Positions 56,881-64,000 of a stretch of DNA of 64,000 nucleotides are shown here, one piece after another. The notes under the pieces are model-generated. The model worked only from the letters and a program-made list of their open reading frames with translations. It had not been told where the DNA came from and did not search any database. The stretch is from positions 87 through 64,086 of the forward strand of contig JAJDBX010000003.1 of assembly GCA_029261135.1 (NCBI GenBank), given 5' to 3'. Position numbers and translations under genes: made by a program. Each line of letters begins with the position of its first letter. Positions within the stretch are counted from its first letter, which is position 1. This DNA is from Nitrospirota bacterium (GTDB taxonomy: Bacteria > Nitrospirota > Nitrospiria > SBBL01 > JAADHI01).

Positions 56881-58470
56881 TCACGAACCCGCCTTTTCCA
56901 ATAATATTTCTTCTGGCCGCCCTAATAAATACCCTTGTCCAAGAGGGATGCCGATCTCCTTCATTCTCTGCAATTCTTGCTCTTCTTCAATCCCTTCAGC
57001 GATAATCCCTTCGGAAGTATACTTCGATAAGGCCGCCGTTAAATGATGCAAAAAATCTTTTAACTTGTCCGAAGAAACGGACAACAACATGGTCGATCGA
57101 TCCAACTTGATATATTCAGGAATCGCAAAAGCGATAAAAGGCAATGAAATAAACCCGGCACCAAAATCATCGATCGCAAATTTATACCCCAATTCCCGCC
57201 ACTTCCTCACAGCATCCAAATTTTTCTTTACGTCAAGAAGGGCTTCGACCTCCGAAATTTCAATAATGACATCAAGTCCGGATGGCTTCTCGATGGGACC
57301 TAAGTAATCAAGTAAGTTAAAATCTGCATTCACAAAGACCTTGTTTAATCCAAGATGTTTTGCCATTTTAATCTGTTTCTTAAAAAGAATGCCTTTCAAT
57401 TCCTTCAGTTTTCCAACAGAATTATATTTATTAAACAATTCAAAAACGTTCAATTCCCCGGTCAGGTCCCGTGTCAGTGCCTCGTAACCTATAATTTCTC
57501 TTGTGTTTAAATCAACAACAGGTTGAAAGACGGCCTTGACGGTATCCTCATTCAGATGGTACTCCTCCTCCCCGATCTGAACTTTACTTTTCCCCTTCTT
57601 CGCAATAAACAAGGCTTGCTCTGCTTGATGAATAAGCGCTTCTGGATTACTCCCATGTTCAGGAAAAAGAGAGATACCAATACTCACATCCACATCCACA
57701 CCCAAAGAAAGCATTTTTGAAATACCTTCAACCCGGCTTCGAATCCGGTTTGCAGGGGACAAATCTTCTCTCAGTTCAAACTTGGGGACAATGACAACAA
57801 TTTCATCTCCCCCCCAACGAAAAACCTGATCATATCCGCGAATCGTATCTAGAACACCTTGCGCAACAGCCTTTAACACTGTATCCCCTTTTTGGTGCCC
57901 TAAGGATTCATTGATGGATTTAAAATTATCGATATTACACAAAAAAACAGCCACAATCTCTTGATCTCTTTCCGCACGGGTCAACTCTTCCTGGATACGC
58001 GTTCTGAAATATCGGCGATTATAAAGATCGGTTAAAGGATCCCGAATGGCCTGTTCTGCTAGAGCAATCTGATTTTGAATGGCACGAACCATGTACCGCA
58101 ATCGGTGTGTTAAAATCACATAGTTGATGGGTTTAGTGACAAAATCCGTTGCGCCCACCTCATAGGCACGATTAATGCCATCGATATCATTTGTTCCCGT
58201 TGTCATAATGATCGGACTGGAATGCCCCCCTGGAAGTTTTCGTATTTCAGCGCAGGTGGTAAAACCATCCATGCCCGGCATGACCACATCCAGCAAAACA
58301 ATATCGGGTTGATATTCCAAAAAAGCTGAAAGTGCCGATTCACCGTCATGGGCTTCCTCAACCACGAAACCCGCTTGTTCCAATGCAGCCCGAACCAACA
58401 ACCGTGTGCTTTCCCTATCATCCACAACAAGTACGGTTGTCCGTCCTTGCTTGTTTTGCATCTCTGTCAT
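56881..58470 (-). CDS. Response regulator with REC - GGDEF(variant GGDEI) - EAL output
   Basis: The 529-aa ORF has a REC domain (VLVVDD..., [16 protein letters not shown]). The GGDEF domain reads RWGGDEI, with RGYD as an RxxD I-site five residues upstream. The EAL domain has YEALTRD, DDFGAGF and EGIEEEQE. It overlaps the kinase gene by 4 nt. Confidence 0.88.
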   Translation of the reverse strand: MTEMQNKQGRTTVLVVDDRESTRLLVRAALEQAGFVVEEAHDGESALSAFLEYQPDIVLLDVVMPGMDGFTTCAEIRKLPGGHSSPIIMTTGTNDIDGINRAYEVGATDFVTKPINYVILTHRLRYMVRAIQNQIALAEQAIRDPLTDLYNRRYFRTRIQEELTRAERDQEIVAVFLCNIDNFKSINESLGHQKGDTVLKAVAQGVLDTIRGYDQVFRWGGDEIVVIVPKFELREDLSPANRIRSRVEGISKMLSLGVDVDVSIGISLFPEHGSNPEALIHQAEQALFIAKKGKSKVQIGEEEYHLNEDTVKAVFQPVVDLNTREIIGYEALTRDLTGELNVFELFNKYNSVGKLKELKGILFKKQIKMAKHLGLNKVFVNADFNLLDYLGPIEKPSGLDVIIEISEVEALLDVKKNLDAVRKWRELGYKFAIDDFGAGFISLPFIAFAIPEYIKLDRSTMLLSVSSDKLKDFLHHLTAALSKYTSEGIIAEGIEEEQELQRMKEIGIPLGQGYLLGRPEEILLEKAGS

Positions 58471-61400
58471 ATTGTGCTCCTTTGGCCTAGCTGTTCTAAT
58501 GCCTCCTGCACCCTGGCATACTCCTCCTCAATATCAAAAAAGGTCTCTTTTGCATCCTTAATCTGATTTTGACGACTCATCATTTCAAGTGTTTCAAATT
58601 GTTCCGAAAGTTTCATTGCCCCGACTTCGGCTGTGCATGACTTTAAACCGTGGGCTGTTCTTCGTATCACCTCTCCGTTCCCCTGAACAAGAGCTTCCTG
58701 TAGCGTATTTAATAAAACCGGCGTATCCTTTAGAAATAATTCAACAATTTTTGACAAAATATCAGGTTTTCCTGGCTGCTGAAGTCCACGTATTTCATCT
58801 AAAGCAGACTGATTAATTGTCGATTCTGCCAAATTTCCTAGTCCCTCAACAAGGTTGTTTCCCTCTTTCAGACCTTTTGTTTGTAATGTGTCTTTTTTAT
58901 TTAAGTTCAATTTGTTTGGTAAATATCTCTCAAGAACGCCCTGAAGCGCATCCTGTTGAATCGGTTTACTTAAATAATGATCCATGCCCGCCTTTAAGCA
59001 TTCATCACGGTCGCCTTGAATCACCTGAGCTGTAATCGCAACAATCGGGATGTGTTTCCCTTCCCCCTCTTTTTTCTCATGACTTCGAATAATCTCTGTT
59101 GCCTCGATTCCCCCCATTTCAGGCATATGACAATCCATCAAAACCAGGTCGTAAGGAAAACGGGAGAGGGCAGAAATCCCTTCCAGGCCATTTCCGACCA
59201 CTTCTGCCTGACAGCCCAAGTTTTCCAACATCGCCACAACAACAGCCTGATTGACCAAATTATCCTCAACCACAAGAATAGACCCTTCAAAGAGGGCTGT
59301 CTCATTCTCTTCCTGCTTTGTACGAGACCTTGAGGTATTTTGACCAGAGGACATACCCATGACGCTTACGAGGGCATTGTAGAGGTGAGAAGCGTGAAAT
59401 GGCTTGGTCAGGAGATCAAACTCAATTTTCTGAGACAAGGCTTCCTCATCTTCTGAAAATCCAATCGGAGCCAAAATGACTAAATGAATATTTGGAATTG
59501 CAGGTTCTGCCTTAATCAAACGAGCCAAAGCCAGACCATCCATCATTGTGTCCAAAATCGCTGCATCATAATTTTTCCCACTTTCAGCGGCCTTGAGAAG
59601 GATCTTTATCGCTTCATTTCCATCATGCGTGATACAGCTTTGAAGCCCCCAAGCAAGAACCCGATATTCCACTGACCTGGCCAAATATTCATTACTGTTC
59701 ACAATCAAAACACGAGACTCGCCAACGTATTTTCTTCGTGCCTTCCGCATTTTATTAAAGGGCAGTTTGCTCAGAGAGACTTTAAACCAAAACGAAGCAC
59801 CCCTCCCAACATCACTTTCTACACCAATCTCCCCTCCCATCAATTCAATAATTTGCTTTGAGATCGCCAAGCCTAAGCCTGTTCCACCAAATTTTCGCGT
59901 CGTTGAGCTATCCACTTGAATAAAGGGTTGAAAGATACGCTCTTGCGCTTCTTGCGTCATGCCAATCCCTGTATCAACAATACAACAGCGAAGGTCACAT
60001 TGATTGCGCTTATCTCCAGACTGTTTTATTTCAACGACAACCGTCCCTTCTTTTGTGAATTTAATTGCATTTCCGATCAAGTTGATTAAAACTTGACGCA
60101 AACGTCCAGGATCTCCTTTCAAGCGGGTTGGAATCGTGTCCCATATATTACAGACAAGCTCTATCCCCTTCTCTCGTGCAGATGCTGAAAACAGTTCGAT
60201 GGTCTCCTCAATCACTTCATGTAGACTAAAAGGAATTTCTTCTAATACAAGTTTCCCGGCCTCACTCTTTGAAAAATCAAGAATGTCATTTGTAATGCGG
60301 AGCATCGATTTGCCTGAGTTGTGAATCGTCTGAGCAAAACCCCGCTGTTTTTCGGTCAAAGATGTTCTTAAAAGCACGTCGGACATCCCTAAGATCCCAT
60401 TCATCGGAGTACGTAGTTCATGACTCATTTTGGATAAAAATTCTGATTTTGCCTGATTTGCGGTCTCAGCCTGCTCTGATTTTTCTTTTTCCAACTTCAT
60501 CGACGCTTTCAAACTTGCCGTCATGTGGTTAAAAGAAGAGGCGAGGATAGAAATTTCATCACCTGATTCAATCTTAATCTCTTGAGAAAGATCTCCTTTG
60601 GCCGCATTATTGGCAAAATGGGTTAGTTTTTGTATCGGCCGACAGATTCTTCCCGAGATCACAAATCCGAGTATAATGGTGATCACGCCAATAAAGGAGC
60701 TGACCTTCATAAATTGATTGCGAAGCTGAATAATAGGGATATAAGCTTTTTCTGCATTTTGTATCACCAAAATAGACCAGCCTAAGCCTTCAAAATCACG
60801 ATATCCTTTCGACCCCGCATAACCCACTAAAGACTCATTCCCGATATGATCATCCAAAACAAAATAACCTTGTCCACCATGACTGACCAAAAGGGAGAGA
60901 TCCTCGTTCATATCAAAGAAATTTTTGGGCAATGAAGTGGTCTCAGAGCTCATGATTACCTCTTCATTGTTGAAAGCGAAACCGGGTCCAGAAATCACAT
61001 CACCGTTCTCATTAAGGATCACCGCGTAACCAAATTCATTTTGACCAGCATCGTTCACTTTTGTTGAACTGGTCGCTTCTAAGAGTTCGCCTCGGTCAAA
61101 TAGTAAAGAAAGTATGCCAAAAATTTTGGATGAATCCACAGTGGAAAATATAGGTAGGGAGAAATTAATGGTACTCCCTTCAAAAATCTTGTCCTTTCCC
61201 AAGTCTCCGATTCGAAGTGTTCGGTTTTGCATTGTCTCTTGAAACCATCTCTGATCCGCAACATTCACTCCGATGATTTCTGGATCGCTTGAGGCAACAA
61301 CCTCCCCTTGAACATTCACGCCAACCATCCCCAAATAAAACCCGTAAGTCTCCCTTAATCCAATCAAAGTTTTTGTCATCCGACCATCGGGATCACCAGC

Positions 61401-61676
61401 AATGACATCTTGCATCACCTCTGTGACAGCCAAGGCTTTGACGTCTTCTTGGCTAAAGAATAACAATCGATCAATTTTATCGATGCTTTGAGCTGCAGAC
61501 GCTTCTAATTTTCTTCCGATACTCTCCTGGAGGGTTGTTCTTTCATGCCTGTATCCAATGATGCCGACAGTCAGCATCGGGAGCATTGAAAGGAATAGAA
61601 ATAGAACGATGAGTTTGATTTTCATCGAAAACCTCGACTTCAGTCTCCCTTCGCTTAGGCCATTGCTCATATCCAA
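58467..61676 (-). CDS. Hybrid sensor histidine kinase (periplasmic Cache-like sensor - HAMP - HisKA/HATPase - 2x REC - Hpt)
   Basis: The 1069-aa ORF has two TM helices flanking a ~290-aa sensor domain. It has a HAMP domain, the H-box [13 protein letters not shown], and an ATPase G-box ([10 protein letters not shown]). The second REC has [13 protein letters not shown], and the C-terminal Hpt has TAHGLKS. The start may be the ATG at 61625, which is preceded by GAGG. Confidence 0.9.
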   Translation of the reverse strand: MDMSNGLSEGRLKSRFSMKIKLIVLFLFLSMLPMLTVGIIGYRHERTTLQESIGRKLEASAAQSIDKIDRLLFFSQEDVKALAVTEVMQDVIAGDPDGRMTKTLIGLRETYGFYLGMVGVNVQGEVVASSDPEIIGVNVADQRWFQETMQNRTLRIGDLGKDKIFEGSTINFSLPIFSTVDSSKIFGILSLLFDRGELLEATSSTKVNDAGQNEFGYAVILNENGDVISGPGFAFNNEEVIMSSETTSLPKNFFDMNEDLSLLVSHGGQGYFVLDDHIGNESLVGYAGSKGYRDFEGLGWSILVIQNAEKAYIPIIQLRNQFMKVSSFIGVITIILGFVISGRICRPIQKLTHFANNAAKGDLSQEIKIESGDEISILASSFNHMTASLKASMKLEKEKSEQAETANQAKSEFLSKMSHELRTPMNGILGMSDVLLRTSLTEKQRGFAQTIHNSGKSMLRITNDILDFSKSEAGKLVLEEIPFSLHEVIEETIELFSASAREKGIELVCNIWDTIPTRLKGDPGRLRQVLINLIGNAIKFTKEGTVVVEIKQSGDKRNQCDLRCCIVDTGIGMTQEAQERIFQPFIQVDSSTTRKFGGTGLGLAISKQIIELMGGEIGVESDVGRGASFWFKVSLSKLPFNKMRKARRKYVGESRVLIVNSNEYLARSVEYRVLAWGLQSCITHDGNEAIKILLKAAESGKNYDAAILDTMMDGLALARLIKAEPAIPNIHLVILAPIGFSEDEEALSQKIEFDLLTKPFHASHLYNALVSVMGMSSGQNTSRSRTKQEENETALFEGSILVVEDNLVNQAVVVAMLENLGCQAEVVGNGLEGISALSRFPYDLVLMDCHMPEMGGIEATEIIRSHEKKEGEGKHIPIVAITAQVIQGDRDECLKAGMDHYLSKPIQQDALQGVLERYLPNKLNLNKKDTLQTKGLKEGNNLVEGLGNLAESTINQSALDEIRGLQQPGKPDILSKIVELFLKDTPVLLNTLQEALVQGNGEVIRRTAHGLKSCTAEVGAMKLSEQFETLEMMSRQNQIKDAKETFFDIEEEYARVQEALEQLGQRSTI

Positions 61677-61777
61677 ACCAACTCATTCTTCCTTATATAG
61701 AAAAAAATCTGTTTCTTGTGGGGGTGAGACTTGTCCCTTAAAAATTTCATACGGACTCAATATTACTTTCTTGAAAT

Positions 61778-63147
61778 CTAAAAAACGGCAGCGACTGATG
61801 CCGAAAATCCATCATTGTCGCCATGATCCAGTTTTTCATTCTCTGTTTGTTCCATTGATATTTAGTCTTAAAAACCCATGATTCTGAAGGTCGATAGTTC
61901 AAACCAAAAGTCGTCCGCTTTTCTATATTTTCACCTGTGTTTCCATCGCCGTCGTCAACAATTTCAGAATCACCATATCTGACGACTACTCAAAAGGTTG
62001 GATTTGGGAAACCTCTACCCAAAAATGATTGGTTTAAACCCTCAAACCAAAAACGGTAGTTCGTCTGCACATCCTTGCCTTCAAAAGATTCTGGGACTGT
62101 GGTGGTTCCATCTGCCTCAAATCCCCCCTATCGAGGTCAAATTTGGCAGACTCACCAATAGCTCAAAGCGACTTTTTTCAAACTTAAAATCGCAAGCCCA
62201 CCCCGAAATGCCATGACCTTCAGTGTCATAATCCCCAGAATAAGCGCTTACCACCAAAATAAGACTCATCGGCCTCTATGGCAGTAATCTCACGAAGTCG
62301 ATGAAAATAATAGGCTCCACTGTTTTTGTTGATGCCAAGTAAAATCGACGCACAAGCGGCTGTTGTCCCTGAGACAAAATATTCAATTAACTTTTCTTGT
62401 TTTGAATAATCTAAGCGACTCTTTCTCATCACGCCCTACATAGAATTTTCTCTGTTATCTAGGACAGCCCCTAATATTATTCATATTCCACGACCAAATC
62501 AGGCAAGAGTGCGTTTTCAATAGAGACTTCTCCAATGAACCCTGCGCCCTCCTCTGACCAGCTCACTGCACAACCCTTCGCATCTTAATGGGTCCTTCAG
62601 TCAACTCCTGCATTGGCTCAAAGTAAACCAGATTAAATTTTGTAAAAGGAACCAAGACCACGCCAAATCGCAGATTGAATGCATCGCTCACCGTGTACTC
62701 GATCCATCCTTGTTTCACTTCAAGACTGTCTCCACGACTGCTTCCCCCTTCGGTGGTCGCTGTCCGCTCAAATTCAATGCCGATAAACCCTCTTAATCGA
62801 TCATTCAAACGTGCTAATGTGAAAACTCCAACATCATGTGTATCTAAAGCCTTGTCAAAATTTTCGAAATCTTCAAACTCCATCGTGATATAAAAGTTAA
62901 TCAGAATTCTATAACCCAAGCGATTATTAATAGAACTGATTTGATTCTTCACAAAAGCGCCCTCGCTTTCCGCCTCATCAAGTCGTTTTTCAATCACCCT
63001 GATCCTGTCTTGGTCATTTTGGTCAAGACAATCAAGCCTTTCTGAACCGGCTCCTGCTTTTGTCTTATGGGTTCTCCCAAAACGATTAAAAAGTCACTCA
63101 AGAATAGTGGGGTTTCTGCCCAAAGCAGTGTTGAAAAGAGTGTTCAT
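61778..63147 (-). pseudogene. Porin-like outer-membrane protein gene, disrupted by an IS relic and several frameshifts
   Basis: Fragments lie in different minus-strand frames. They include MNTLFNTAL... (start at 63147), the coiled-coil region RIRVIEKRLDEAESEG, and beta-strand segments (RFGVVLVPFTKFN, VSWSEEGAGFIGEVSIENALLPDLVVEYE). The IS relic follows, then GHGISGW, RTTFGLNYRPSESWVFKTKYQWN, and the OMP-type C-terminus DNDGFSASVAAVF followed by a stop. Confidence 0.6.
62226..62471 (-). mobile_element. Second IS1595-family (IS1016-like) relic, inverted relative to the first
   Basis: The terminal 20-mer GGGGCTGTCCTAGATAACAG (reverse complement of 62452-62471) is identical to 7651-7670. The transposase fragment MRKSRLDYSKQEKLIEYFVSGTTAACASILLGINKNSGAYYFHRLREITA..DESYFGGKR is roughly 80% identical by eye to the first relic and has an internal deletion. 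Confidence 0.7.
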
Positions 63148-63589
63148 ATTCCCGTATCCAAAGCTATTTCAATTTTCTTTTTTGGATATGTTTTACGGAA
63201 CATCGTCATTTCCTCCATGATTAAACACCTAGACCAAGAAATTCCAGACTCGAAAATGAGATTTTTTTTAAGTATATCCGCTATCATTTCATCGTCAAGA
63301 ATCTTAAGGAGCGCATAAAGGTCATGTCCTTGAAATTGTATTCAGTGATGATTCTTGAGCAGCTTAAACTATTTTAATTTTAGTAGAAATTTTCAAGAAT
63401 ACTTGACTAGATATTTTTCTTAGAGACATTAAATGAAGAAATGGGCAAGCTGAGACATTCAATACCCATTTAGAAAGTTCGGAGATAAACAACGATATCA
63501 CAAAAAATGTAGAACTTAAAAAAATCAAAAAATCCGACATGGATGGGGAAAGAGAAGCCTGGGACAATATCATTGTCGGTCAGCGTTAA

Positions 63590-63640
63590 AGAACAAAAAA
63601 AACGGCATAAAAAAGCCCCACCGGAAAATTATTCCGGAAG
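63590..63640 (-). terminator. Candidate intrinsic terminator of cspA
   Basis: The minus strand reads CCGGAA-TAATT-TTCCGG as a hairpin (63621-63637), followed by GGGGCTTTTTTATGCCGTTTTTTTT. Confidence 0.5.
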
Positions 63641-63670
63641 GGCAATTTCAATACAATAAAATCCTATATA

Positions 63671-63874
63671 TTAGGAAATTTTACTGACGTTGGTGGCCTG
63701 TGGGCCTTTTTGGCCTTCGGTGATTTCAAATTCGACTTCATCACCCTCTTCAAGGGATTTGTAACCGTCACCGGTAATGGCTGAAAAGTGGACAAACACG
63801 TCATCCCCGTTCTCAGGTGTGATAAAACCAAAACCCTTACTACCGTTAAACCATTTTACTGTTCCTGTACTCAC
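63671..63874 (-). CDS. cspA: Cold-shock protein (CspA family)
   Basis: The 67-aa ORF begins [20 protein letters not shown] (RNP-1 KGFGFI) and has VFVHFS (RNP-2). It has a GTG start preceded by AGGAGA, and the upstream untranslated region is at least 126 nt (to the window end). Confidence 0.93.
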   Translation of the reverse strand: MSTGTVKWFNGSKGFGFITPENGDDVFVHFSAITGDGYKSLEEGDEVEFEITEGQKGPQATNVSKIS

Positions 63875-64000
63875 TGTTTATTTCTCCTGTTATGTTATCA
63901 GCACTTTGCTGACGAAACGCCCACAGCTAGCTAAATCAGTTAAAAAAAAACTGTAGCAAATTAAAAAGAACTACAGAATAAAATCTCTCTGTTCACTTTC

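Noticed and set aside
63067-63573. Two ORFs (83 aa on plus, 69 aa on minus) lie between the porin pseudogene and cspA.
   Set aside because: The region is AT-rich, the ORFs have no RBS, and the predicted peptides are hydrophobic or low-complexity. The left one overlaps the decayed 5' end of the porin pseudogene. There is not enough support to call them genes.

Overview
This 64-kb window is mostly conserved housekeeping genes from a diderm (Gram-negative-type) bacterium, with several small accessory or decaying patches.

Gene content, left to right:
- The 5' end of tuf, preceded by a Thr-Tyr-Gly-Thr tRNA operon (tufB-type arrangement).
- An OMP, ubiE/menG, and an intact two-gene HEAT-repeat + HD-GYP operon.
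- cstA, then an IS1595/IS1016-like relic and an orphan lipoprotein.
- A complete trpEG-(small ORF)-DCFBA operon.
- TPR, SDR and DJ-1 genes, then a frameshifted DUF1284 gene.
- dnaB, hisZ, serA and a class-V aminotransferase.
- fxsA, then tadA - tRNA-Ser x2 - SRP RNA - dnaX - ybaB - recR, then pyrE.
- A PAS-GGDEF-EAL protein, then yebC-ruvC-ruvA.
- A small islet: serine-recombinase relic, a 24-bp perfect palindrome, and an FN3 surface protein with a Cys-containing C-terminal anchor.
- An M16 peptidase pair, then gltX and tRNA-Gln.
- An accessory stretch: cupredoxin-like protein, cytochrome c, two tandem CBS proteins, a MerF-like protein, a membrane caspase-like protein and Slp.
- A decayed second copy of the HEAT/HD-GYP operon.
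- An LPS-core cluster (GT2, 2x GT9, GT4, O-antigen-ligase-like), then purA.
- A hybrid histidine kinase with a REC-GGDEF-EAL regulator.
- A porin pseudogene split by a second IS relic, then cspA.

I found no CRISPR array, rRNA, prophage or recognisable defence system.

The most interesting items:
- The duplicated HEAT/HD-GYP module, one copy intact and one dead.
- The co-directional CBS-CBS-MerF-like-caspase-like-Slp cluster.
- A 143-bp element bounded by 20-bp inverted repeats between the two tRNA-Ser genes.
- Two long perfect palindromes.
- A high local load of disrupted genes.

All calls come from reading the sequence and ORF translations by eye. No database search or RNA folding was run.
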